NCBI RefSeq assembly: GCF_016432865.1
Contig: NC_067403.1
Coordinates: 248,372,001-248,436,000 of the forward strand
Source: Antechinus flavipes
Lineage: Eukaryota
Direction: 5' to 3'
Length of the DNA: 64,000 nucleotides
Below the pieces are notes generated by a model that was not told the DNA's origin, did not search any database, and was given only the letters and a program-made list of their open reading frames with translations. The translations under genes were made by a program, and so were the position numbers. This document shows, piece by piece, positions 50,138 through 62,291 of this stretch (its first letter is position 1; the number at the start of each line of letters is the position of its first letter).

Positions 50138-51343
50138 AGGAATGTCTTATTTTTGTATTTTTTTTCTGCTAAACAGAATGCTTGACGTGTTTTTTATTCA
50201 TCTTCTATGAAGCAAACATGTTAAAAGTCTGGTAAGTCAGAGACAAAAAGTCATAGATCATACCCTTGAAGTTATGAAAAGTGTGCAACAATAATTAAGT
50301 TGGCTTTGTTGGATTAATGCAGAGATATTGATATTTTTAAATATACCAGAATATTCTTATGATTTCACATTTCTTTTCAATCTTGTCTGGTGACTGGTAG
50401 AGTGCTATATGTTTTGCATGCTTTCATGACTATGTTTGTGGATTCAGAAAGATGAACCAAAACATATAAGGTTGTTATGTTCTGACAAGACCCAGATATC
50501 TGGAAGTAGTGTTATTATGTGAACAGCAGGTCAGGTATCAAAGGTCCCAGGGAATTCTCGAGAGGGATAAAGTGAGAAAATGACAGAATCTTAGTCAGAG
50601 GTCTCCCAAAGGTCGTCGAATTTAATCCATCCATGAAAAGCAATATTCTCCATAAAGAAATAGTCTTTGAAATACTTTGTGAAATATGGAAGTTAAAGTC
50701 TTACAAAAATTTTACTAAAGAGGCCTAGATAATCAGATTTACATTTGATTCATAAATATTGATTACAGTGATTAGATATAAAAAAATCAACAATACAAAA
50801 TAAAGTGGGATATCAATTTTCAATTTTACATTATCTACTCAATACAGGTATTCTTAGTAAATCAACTTACTTGTTGATAGCATGGTATATTTTAAAGTTT
50901 CTTCCAGTATATCCAGATGGAGCTCTTGTTCCTAATAAATAACTAAAGTTATCAAATACTTGATAGCTTTTATGTCATCCCAAAGAAAAATCAAAAAATG
51001 TGAAAAAGACCAAAAGTCAAATTCTTATTCAGACACAGAAAGAAATAAAGCAACCAATGAACCTGTTAACTAAAAAGAAATTGAGATTGAGATTGACATC
51101 CAGATACTACACTGAAATGACAGTCTAATTTTTTCCAAATACTTAGGACAATTCTGTGATTTGTATTTCTTCCCAAAGGGAGCCATACTGTAATTGTTCT
51201 TGGGAACCAGTTCCCAAGCTTTGCTCTTCAAGTATTATATTGTTCAGAAATATGCAAGTAATCTTTCTCTTTCTAAAAGAGCTTTCTAAAAGGATAATAG
51301 CTAGAGATACAATATCAGGATTGTGTGTATGTGAGAGTGTGTA

Positions 51344-51348
<5 letters not shown>

Positions 51349-51390
<42 letters not shown>
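51349..51390. repeat. (TG)n microsatellite
   Basis: Directly visible. Confidence 0.95.
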
Positions 51391-51392
<2 letters not shown>

Positions 51393-51694
51393 CATTCTTT
51401 CCACACAACAATCTTATAAGATAGGCTATACTATTAAGGTCTTTCAAATAAAAGAAAATTGAACCTGAGACCTTAAGTAATTTATCTAAGGTTATGTAAT
51501 ATGAAAATCACTGAGGCTATCTCTTAAGTTAAAGTCTGTAACACTTTCTGTTACATGCTGCACCTTCTGGAAAAGTTTGGTTCAGGTTTATACTTTTGTG
51601 TACATAAGAAAAATAGTCTGACTTGGAGGCTGGATTCCAGAAGAAAAGGTGTAGAGGAATTTTTTCTCTAAGAAAAAGGATACGCAAATTGAAG

Positions 51695-52765
51695 TCACTG
51701 TCCCTTAACAGCTTTTCTCAAAGTATTCTTGACTTCTTTGTTCCTAACAGTATAAACCCTCATAACATAAAGGTGACTATAGTTTAGAATACTGAAACCA
51801 TTTTGTATAAATCTGTTGAATGGATTGAAATTGCATGAACATAATTGTTTCAAAAAATAGACACTACTGTGAAATGGGAAGCACAAGTGGAGAAGGTTTT
51901 ATAGCGGCCTTTAGCAGAATGAATCTCTGGGATAGTCATGGATTGTTGGTAACATGTCTTTTTAAGACAAGAAAGAAGTAAAGATGACAAGAAATGGAGG
52001 AAATTCTGCAATAAAGACTAGTGATTCAATGACTTGAATATTAGAGCAAGAGATAAATAATAGGAGGAAATATCATATAATAAGTGATGGACTTTGTTGG
52101 ACCTACAAAAAGGACTATGGAGCACAACAGAAAGCCACAGATGTAAGCATCACTGTGCAGATATGGACATATTGTTAAAATCATCATATTGATGATTTTA
52201 TCATAATATAAGACTTTATAATATAATATAATAATTGTGTATTATTATAATTATATGATGATATATATTTATATCATATTATTGTTATATACTAGTATAA
52301 CTAATACATATTATTAATATGTATTAATATTAATAATAATAGAAATATAAGTTATAATTATATAGTATAATTAATAATAATATGATAATTGTAATATAAG
52401 ACATCATAATACAAGACTTTATATGCTATGGAAACTAAGAGGAAACTTAGCAAAGGCTCCAAAGAAGCTGTGTTGCATGTTCATTGTAGCTGATGACTCT
52501 GTTCCCTTAAAGGAACACAGACATAATGGGGGTAACAGCTAAGAGTAAGCAAAATCTACCAGAGGAAGGTTACTGTGGAAATAGTACATGGAGATATTGA
52601 GGCAATAATCCCAGGAGATCAGAGCTGCTATTCCCAGGCTGTCTACCAGGATGGTGAGGTAGATGAAAGTGAACATTATGAAGAGAGGAACCTGAAATCT
52701 GGAAGATCTGTTAATCATATGAGGATGGGCTCATTTACTTCAAATCATTTCTCCATAGATGTCAT
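51695..52765 (-). pseudogene. OR5B-like pseudogene
   Basis: Colinear with the intact ORs (MTSMEK*, ..YFHSNLPLVDF, ..KNTLRKAVKGQ*), multiple stops, frameshifts and deletions, DRY region replaced by an AT-rich insert. Confidence 0.92.
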
Positions 52766-54479
52766 CCGGAAGTGATATCATTCACCTGCAACAGAAGAGT
52801 AACCAGCCAAAAGTCCACTCTGCATGATGAATAATTATAAGACACAAAGCATGCTCAGAGACCTCTCTTATGTAAGAGGCTGAAATAAAGAATTTAGGGA
52901 CCAAGAACATTTAGGTATTTGTTTTAGCAATTACTCTGTCCTCAAAATTAATTGTCATAGTTTTGTATAGAGATAGAGTTCCTAATATATTTCTTCCCAC
53001 TTCCCCCCCCTCCAAATCTTCCACACTCAAAATTTTCCAAAATGGCAAGTCCAACCTTGTGAAATGCTCTATTCTCTGGTAAATATCAGCATAAGACTAG
53101 GGATTATTGTTGTTCAGACTTCTCTTTTCCCATGAATTTGTTTCATATTTTATAAAGAAGAGAGGAAAGAAGGGAAAAGAAAGGAACTAAGTAAAAGGAA
53201 ACTTAAAAGACTGACAGAAGAACTAAGAAGATAAGAAAAAGCTGATTCCACTACTTAATTGTGGATTCATGTGGCCATAAGATCTATATAGTGGCCTGAA
53301 GGCATCGTTTTCTGAGAAGGAACAAAACAACATATATGACTTCTAAATGTTTCTCTCACACAGCTTGTCCCAGTTTCAATTCTCCATCACTGCCACTGTG
53401 GAATCAGAAAGTGGCCACAAACAGGGACAATGAGTCCTTTCATTTATTACAGTTTTCTGGTTCCCAGAGAAATCACCAATATTGGTGTAGTGTAGTCCTC
53501 TTCAAGTTCTAACTTAAATCTCACTTACAGGAAGTTTTATTCTGATCCACCTCAATTTAAGTTTCTTTCTTCTTTGGATTTCTTCCATTTACATTGGATA
53601 TAGCATGTTTGTACAAAGTTACTCGTATGTTGTCTAGAGATATCTGAGACTGGATTTGAACTCAGATTTTTCTAACTCCCAACCCAGTGCTCAATGCAAT
53701 ACCTAACTGCTCCCTTTCAGTGTACATCCAAATTTTATTAAATCTTGGTTATCACAATTAGGAATTGTGATATATGATATGTGAAATATATATAGAAGAG
53801 ATTAATTAAAGCAGACTCCTCATAAGAAATAATTTGAGAAGGCAATGGCAAACAACTTCAGAATCTATGCCAAGAAAATCTTATAGATGATGTTCAAGGA
53901 GTCAAGGTGAATACAACTGAATGAGCAAAATTTATCAGCCTTTGTTTTATCCTATAGAAGAATAAAAAGATGCAAAAATCAAACAAATTTTAAAAATCAG
54001 AGGAATTCCTATTCAGACATAGAAACACATAAACTATCTAAAGAACTTATTAACTTATTAACAGAGCCAGTAAGTGTGTCTGAAGCTGGATTTTAATTTA
54101 GGTCCTTCTGATTTTAAGGACAGTGCTCTGTCCGTTGTGCATTTTAACTGCCCCTACAGAGAAAATCCTTGATAGGGATACAGGGAGGGTTTCCACAGAA
54201 TTTTAGAGTAAGTGGGTTCTTAAAAATCCTCAAATCTAATCCTGTTCTGCCTTCTAAATTCTGGCAAAATATGTCTAATCTCTTCCATAATATCGAATTT
54301 CAAATGCTTCATCCACCCACACTGAAATTTTCATTCACTAAGAAAAATGTTCTCATTTCCCTAATTGCTGACTATATGAAATGACCTCCAGTAAATCTCA
54401 TCTTTGCAGCTCCAACTGTCAATGTCTTCTTTCAAATGTGACAACTAGGATTGAAGAAAATAGCTAGATGTATTTCAAA

Positions 54480-54745
54480 AGGGGGCAAGTAGGTGTTGCA
54501 ATGGGTGAAACACTCAAACTGGAGTCAGGAAAATCTGAATTCAAAATCAGTCTCAGATATTTAGCAGAATGATAGTAAGCAATTCACTTGACCTTTATTT
54601 GCTTTAGCTCCTCATCTCTAAAATGGGGACCCACTGGAAAAAGAAATGATAAAACACTTCAACATCTTTGCCAAAAAAAAAAAAAAAACCTCATGGACAA
54701 CGTCCATGGGGTTATGTAGAGTTGGACCCAACTGAACAACTGAAA
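54480..54745 (+). mobile_element. MAR1-type SINE with RTE-related tail
   Basis: gggggcaagtaggtg..ctggagtcaggaaaatctgaattcaaa..aaaatggggac..catctttgccaa..ccatggggttatgtagagttggac. Confidence 0.75.
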
Positions 54746-55890
54746 AGTAACAAAAACTCTAAAAATGACAGATGATAGTAATACTATTACTTCTTTCAAT
54801 TGGGGCAAATGATTTTTTCAGTGTCATATAGGGTACTGCCATTTTCCCTTCAAAATATACTATGGCCTGATATTATATTAGTATCCCACTGCTTTTGCAG
54901 ATGAAATTATGATATCTTTATAGTGAACTAGCCACCCCCCCAACCCAGAATTCAGTTCACTAAAGCAGAATAGGTAGTGTCAAAGTGAGGGAAGAAACAC
55001 CTAAGAGATAATACATAGTTCGACCTGAGTTACTTCCTTTATGAAATCCAGAATTGCTTTCAACCTGAAGTCTCACTGTAACTCATTCCAAAGTCCATCA
55101 CTCCCCACCAAGACTCCAGGGCTCACATGGACCACGTTTAATCCTGAAAAACAACCTACAAAAGTGATTGCTGCCTCTCTTGCACCTGAATAGAATTGTT
55201 CCTGAAAAATGAACTTATGAGGTGATAGTATAACAGTTTCTAAGTTTCTTCAATATGCATCTCCAGATCTTGTAAAATAATTCATGTTACCAAATTCTGG
55301 TCAGCTTTATTTGATCACATGGAAAAAAAACCAAAAGATGTTTGAAAAGAATACTGATACAGAAACATATATAAAACACCAAACAAATCTATTAGTAAGA
55401 ATGGAATTAACATTGACATTGGCGTGAGGATGTTTAACTGACATTAAAATGAGATACATCTCTCCCAGATAGAAGTTCTTTCCAGGGCATTAGGATCATC
55501 CTATAGTTCATAATTCTTCCTAAAGATAACCCTACTGCAGTGGTATTTGGGAGCCATCCACAAGTAGCACAAAAAAGATTTTTTTCCTGGCGAGCTGGCT
55601 CTTAAATATTGACCAGCTCACCTCTTCATTAGGGGCTGCTGAATAAGTAATGCCATGAACATTAAAGTTATATATGCCAAGCAATCTCTCTTCAACAAGA
55701 CATAGCTTCAAATACTTCCCCCACCCACCCTTAAATGTTCATTCATCAAGATAAATATACTCATTTACTCAATTGTTCTTTATATGAAATCATCTCCAGT
55801 AAATTTCATCTTTGCCTGCTCCAGGTATACAATGTGCTTCCTAAAATTTGACAGCCAGGGCTGAAGAAAAAAGCCAGGTGTGCTTGGAAA

Positions 55891-56145
55891 GGAGATAACT
55901 TGTTGTTGCAGTGGCTATAGCAAAGGATCACGAGTCAGGAAGATCTGAGTTCAAATGTAGCACCTAATATTTACTAGTCATGTAACATTAGGAAGTCCAC
56001 TTAAAATACATTTGCTTTAGTTTCTTAATTGTAAAATGGGAATGTACTGGAGAAGGAAATGGCAAATCACATCAGCATCTTTGTCAAGAAAACATGTTGA
56101 ACAATGGCCATAGATTCATGTACACTTAAACACAACTGACTGACA
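55891..56145 (+). mobile_element. MAR1-type SINE
   Basis: gagtcaggaagatctgagttcaaat..ctggagaaggaaatggcaaatcac..catctttgtcaagaaaac. Confidence 0.7.
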
Positions 56146-56545
56146 GAATGGCAACAATTTTGAATGGGACAAAGGAGAACAGAACCATCACCTCTCTCAT
56201 TTACAACAAATAATTTCTCAATATGGTCATATAGATTTCCATTTTTGCTTTCAAGTGAACTTTGACAACACATATTATTTATTTTATATCATTTTTTATA
56301 AGATAGTGAATAACATTAAGGTCCTTTACATATGAGAAGATTGAGATTTGGACTTATTTGGGCTTTATGGCATGAAAGTGTCTAAGATAATATAAATTCA
56401 GCTCTCTCCTAACTCCACATCCATGACATTTGCTGCTACATAAAGTTACTTTTGAAAAAGGTTGGATTATATTTATATGTGCATAAGGAAAAAAAAGGCT
56501 TGATTTTGGTGACTGAATCCTGAAGGAAAAGGCAGATTGGGTTTT

Positions 56546-57502
56546 CTAAGAAAAAAGATGATCTAACTGAAATCGTTGCCTCCTCACTGCTTTCCTAAAA
56601 GCATTCTTGATCTCTTTGTTCCTGAGACTGTAGACCAGAGGGTTCAACATAGGGATGACCATAGTGTAGAACACTGACCAAACTTTGTCTGAGTCCATTG
56701 AATGGCTGGCGCTGGGTTGCAGGTACATGAAGATGATTGTGCCATAAAATATAGACACAGCTGTGAGATGGGAAGCACAGGTGGAGAAGGCTTTCTGGCG
56801 GCCTTCAGAAGAACGAATCTTCAAGATGGTGATGAAGATTAGCAAGTAAGAAGTAAAAATGACAAGAATTTGGAAAAAGGCATTGATTGATGCTAAGATA
56901 AAGATTACTGACTCAATTATGTGAATATCGGAGCAAGAAAGAACTAGGAGAGGGGGAACATCACAAAAAAAGTGATGGATTGTGTTGGACTGACAAAATG
57001 AAAGGCTAAATGTGCTTCCTGTGACTATGGAGGATGTCACAAAGCCACAGATATATGTACCACTGGCTAGATAAATACATATTGTTGAAGTCATGATAGT
57101 GGTATAATGTAGAGGCTTACATACAGCTGCATGGCGATCATAGGCCATGGAGGCTAAGAGGAAACTTTCAGTAGTAGCAAAGGCTCCAAAAAAGAACAAC
57201 TGTGTAGCACATCCATTGTAGGAGATGACCTTTCCCCCTGGAAGGAGCCCAGCCATCACCTTGGGAGTAATAGCTGAGGAATAGCCAAAATCCACCAGAG
57301 AAAGGTTACAGAGAAAAAAGTACATGGGAGTGTGAAGACGAGAATCCCAAGAGATCAGAACTACTATTCCAAGGTTCCCTACCAAGGTGATGAGGTAGAT
57401 GAAGGTGAACATGATGAAGAGAGGAACCTGAAGCTCTGGAACTTCTGTTAATCCTAGCAGGACAAACTCGTTCACTTCAGATCTGTTTTCCATAGATGCC
57501 AT
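56546..57502 (-). CDS. OR5B: Olfactory receptor OR5B-like (OR-5), 318 aa
   Basis: Intact ORF with all canonical OR motifs; DKVWSVFY and RFQLDHLF tail shared with OR-4. Confidence 0.94.
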   Translation of the reverse strand: MASMENRSEVNEFVLLGLTEVPELQVPLFIMFTFIYLITLVGNLGIVVLISWDSRLHTPMYFFLCNLSLVDFGYSSAITPKVMAGLLPGGKVISYNGCATQLFFFGAFATTESFLLASMAYDRHAAVCKPLHYTTIMTSTICIYLASGTYICGFVTSSIVTGSTFSLSFCQSNTIHHFFCDVPPLLVLSCSDIHIIESVIFILASINAFFQILVIFTSYLLIFITILKIRSSEGRQKAFSTCASHLTAVSIFYGTIIFMYLQPSASHSMDSDKVWSVFYTMVIPMLNPLVYSLRNKEIKNAFRKAVRRQRFQLDHLFS

Positions 57503-60344
57503 TTGAGAATGATGTTCACCTGAAATAAAGAGTAGCTTTCAGAAAAATCCACTCTGCAGGATGAATGACCCCAAGACATACGACATGGTCAGAGTCTTAT
57601 CTTATATGAGGTCTAGAAATAACAAATTACAGGACCAAGATCGTCTAGGTAGTTGTCAAGTCTAATATTCTAGCTCCTAAAAATTCACTCATTTTCTCAT
57701 AAAGAAACTGGCATTTCCAACTTCAGAAAAGAGAAGTTCCTTATTCTTTGGCAAAAATTTGCACAAGAATGGGAATTATTGTCAGTCTAGGTCTTTTCTA
57801 ATAATTAAGTATAAATCTGATCAAGAAGAGAGAAAAGAGGAATAGAGGAGAAGAGGGAGAAACCAATTAAGAGGAAAGTTAAAAACAGAGAAGGGAGGAG
57901 AGGGTCAAAGAATGTTGGACAAAAGCACAATGAGTTCATTGTATCTTTAAGGTTTATACGATGAACTGGTCATCAGTTCCTGCATAAAAACAGTTGCCAA
58001 TGGACTTTGGCAGCATGGTTGTAGGAATATCTGTCAAAAAAAAACCACTGGTGGATCACTTAACAATAAATACATCTGATTCCTTCACACAATCTGTCCC
58101 TTTTTCGATTTTCCAGCATTGCTAATATGAAAAAAGAAGACAACCACAAACAGCGATATTTTCTCCTTTTCAATCATTGTTTTTTGGGTCCCAGAGAAAT
58201 GACAAATTTGGGGATTGAGCTCCTTTAAGTTTGAGCTAGAATCTCATCAAAGGAAAGTTTTTTTTTTTTTATCCATTGGTCTCAATTTCAGTGCCTTCTC
58301 TCTTTTAATTATTTCTAACTTATTCTAGATAGAGCTTGTTTGCAAATTGATATTTACATGTTATTTGAATAGAAATTATGGACTCCTTGACCTCCAGGGA
58401 CTGTATTTTATCTTTATATTCTCAGGACTTCATATGATACGAGACACATATTAAACTCTCAATAACTATTTATTTACTCACCAATACATTACTGGTAAAT
58501 TTTATTGTCCTGGCTAAGCAGTGAAGGTCTGTGGACACCACACAAATACCTAGTCCATTCATAAACACTCTATTAAACCTTTATGTTTCTGGAAGGACTT
58601 CCCATGATTGTGTATTACTCTAATTTTATATCTAGCACCATGAGTTAAAAATTTTCATAGAAGTTATAAGTAAGATGTCACATGCTATCTATTACAGATT
58701 ATATCTATATCTATCTGTATAAAAGCAGAGCATGTCAAAACAGCATGCTGCAACAGATTTCAACTCACATCTGACCAGGATGTCTATGATCTATGAAAAC
58801 TGATCAAAAGGCATGAAAGACTAGAAAAAAAGAAGAGCAGTTTAAGAAAAAGAATGAATTGGAATCTTTAATACACAAAAACTGATGTAGCTGCCAGCAT
58901 CAAATTGAGGCAGAGGACTCATACCTAGAATGTGATTCTGGGAAGGTATTTCCATTATTTGAATAAATATGCAGCAGGCTATTATAATAATTTTAAACTG
59001 ACAAAAATTACTAATATCAAGAAATCCAGGAAGCACAGTGGGAAACCATTTATATAGTTATTAGTGGGGTTTTTTGATGGCCATTTCCAATTCTATGAGT
59101 ATCTGCTCTAATGTTCTCTCGAATTCTGTCTTTTTTTCTGTTTCTCTCTACCTTTTTCTATTTCTGCCTCTCTGTCTAAATCTCTGTGTCTTTGCACCTT
59201 TGCATCTTTGTTTCTGGCTGCTTCTCCCTTTCTGTTTTTGCCTTTTGCTTTGTCTCCATGCTTTTCCCTGTGTATCTATCTATCTATCTCTTTCTCTTTC
59301 TTTCTCTATAATTGACTCTCTTGTCAAAGAATAGAGGATTAATTAAAAGTATATTATCATAAAAAGTACAAAATGAAGGAATATGAGAAAATTTCATCCT
59401 GCATTTGATTCTCATAATGAATCAGGAATTACTGGGTTAGGATCAAAGTAAAGGTCAATGCTACAAGAACAGACTGAAAATAATTAAATCATCCTAAAGG
59501 TAAAGAAAAGAAAACTAATAATTGTCAGTAATACACATTATGCATGGGGGGAGTCAAATCAGGCATTTTAGGGAAAGAATAAGCTAGAACCATATAGATT
59601 AATTCTATCAGTCATTTAAACCTGAAGGGGTACAAAAGCTATAATAAGGAACACTGACAATTAGGCAGACTTAGATATTTTTTAAAAAGTGTAGAAAAGG
59701 AAAAATTGGAGAGATAATAAATGGTGAATAAAAAAAAAACCAGATTATATCTTGTAGTAAATTTGAGAACATCAAGGCTCAGGATGAGAAGAGGGAAATC
59801 CAGAAAGGTAAAGATAACAAAAGGTGGTATTTTTATGGAAAAAAAGGGCTATTTGGGAAAGAAATAATAATTGAATATTGGCAAATGGCAGCAAAGACAT
59901 AGGTGCTCAATTTGTATTCTGTTTCTATTTTCTCTGACTGAGAATGATTTTTTTGATTTGAGAATAGAACAGTAAGAATTGATAGGAGAGCTAAAAAAAA
60001 CTAGAACCTGTGCTAAACATTGTGTTGTACTTCATTAATATTGCTTTATTTGATTCTCACATAACCCTGTAATGTAGGTTCTTTTATTATCCCCATTTCA
60101 AAATTGAGCAAACAGAGAAACAAGGCTTAATTGACTTGCCTTGGATTGTACCTTAATTGTCTATGACTAGAGTTGAACTAGGGACTTCCTGATTCCAATC
60201 CCAATGCCTTATCCAGTGTACTAGAGCTGCTTCTTTAAAATTTGCAAAGTACTTAGTACCCTGGGTCATTTGATTCCCACCACAACACTGTGACATGCAT
60301 GGCAAATAAGAAAACCAACTTAACCTCATGCTTCAGGGAGAGAC

Positions 60345-60795
60345 TGAGTTTCCAGGCATACAGAGGTGGTCATCTCAATTCTGCATTTGGAGCAACACAT
60401 TCAGTGGTAGCTTCCACATGTTAGGTAGTTCCACATTGATAAGCTAAAAACAGGCTAGAGAAGAACTTTGAAATCTTGCCATATTGGGACTGGTGAAAGG
60501 AACTGAGGGTGTTTGATGGAGAGAAGATAAAAGATAGGAATCAGAGAGCAGGAGTTTGGATGAAAGTTTCCTTCAAAAGTCTGCAGGATGAATATATGGA
60601 GAAAGGACTTGATTTGTTTGAATTGTACCTAAAGGGGAAAAAAAAGAAAGAAAGGTTAGAAGTTAAGGACAAATAAATTTAGATTTGATATAAGAAAAAT
60701 ATTCCAAAAATTTTGATAATCAGAAGTGAAAGGGATTATCTTAACATGTACTGGATTTCCCCTCAGTCAAAGTTTTAAGGAAGGGCTATTTGGTC
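60345..60795 (+). mobile_element. CR1/L3 3' fragment
   Basis: Paralogous to 7785-8250 and 45105-45540. Confidence 0.65.
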
Positions 60796-62291
60796 TGTTC
60801 AATATATAATACACACATACACATACACAAATATGCATGCATACATGTAAATATATAAATATGTATATGTATGTATGTATACATATTAGAGAGGAAGAGA
60901 CAGAGATGGAAAAGGCTTATTTCTCATTTTGAGGAAAAAATTGATATCTAGATATTTTTGTTGTCATTATGACTGTGGACAAATCACCTCTCTTTAACAT
61001 ATGTTGAATGAGCCCCTTTTGGAAATTAAGATTAACAAAATGATTACTTTTCTAATCAGAAATGCTCAGGTGTTTGGTGAATAGCACTCTCTTAGAAAGA
61101 TTATTGATTTAAAGGCTGATATTCACTAATTTAATCTGTGATTTCATGGAACTTAATCAATCCTTATGAATCCTGCTCATCTGGAAAGTAGGAATTATAT
61201 TTCTTGGGTATGTAGACCATGCAGCAATTGTAAGGAAATTTTATCAAGAATTAAATGCTACAGACATGAGATTTACCATGATTAGTACAGGTTATTGGAC
61301 TTTTATATTAGAATGGACGAACAAATGCTCTGAAAAACACAGACATAGAGAAAAGAGGATAAAGATATTACTACACTACAAAGTACTAATGTAGCAATGT
61401 GGTGGAAGGAAAAGAGCCTGAATCTCTGAGTCATGAAGATGTGGATTTAATTCCCACCTCATACTTTTATTAATTGTATATTCTCAACAATTTATTTAAG
61501 TCAGTCAGCCTTAGCTTACTTATCCGTAAAAGACAGGAAGGCATCATAGTGATGGATATTTGTTAGGCGATCCAAATGAGAATATTTAAGCTCTTTAAAA
61601 TGTTCTTTCCAAATGTTACATAAATGTGACCTACTATCATTCAGGACATAGGATTTATCTGACCTAAATTTTCTTATCACCCCCCCTGCCACATTTGTAA
61701 CTTAGAACCTTGCAAACATTATTAAATTAAGTGTTCATTTGGACTATATAACCACCTGTCCCTTAAATGATCCCTTAAGTTCCTGAGGGTCGATGTGCTA
61801 AGGAACTTGCCAATAGTGGATAATAAGTGCTCATAGAGACCCTGTATATTTGAACACAATTTTCCTACTCTTATTTAAGCCCTAAGATAGCCCTATATAT
61901 TTATCTACCACAAGTGTTATTATGGATTGCTTATGGATGAAGAAATGGAAAGCAAGCTACTTACCTATGGTGGAAGTCAATCATTATCTGACATACAAAC
62001 GTTTTTTATTTCAAATTTCCTGTCTCAGGTCCAGCAATATTTCCAGTATGATGTTGCACTGTCTACATGAGCACTACAACTTTGTATTGGACATTCTAGA
62101 ATTTATTTTGATTATGGAAAAATGTGACTTGGACTCCAAGAACAGAGTAGCTAAGCTTGACCTTGAAGTCCTGAGTCTAGGAAGCACATGCTACTACTGG
62201 AGAAACTCTTCCATAGTTACTGGGGCAAAGCCTCCATACATGGTTTTGTAACATATGGCAGTAGAGATAGCAATGTCTCTCTTACCCTTCA

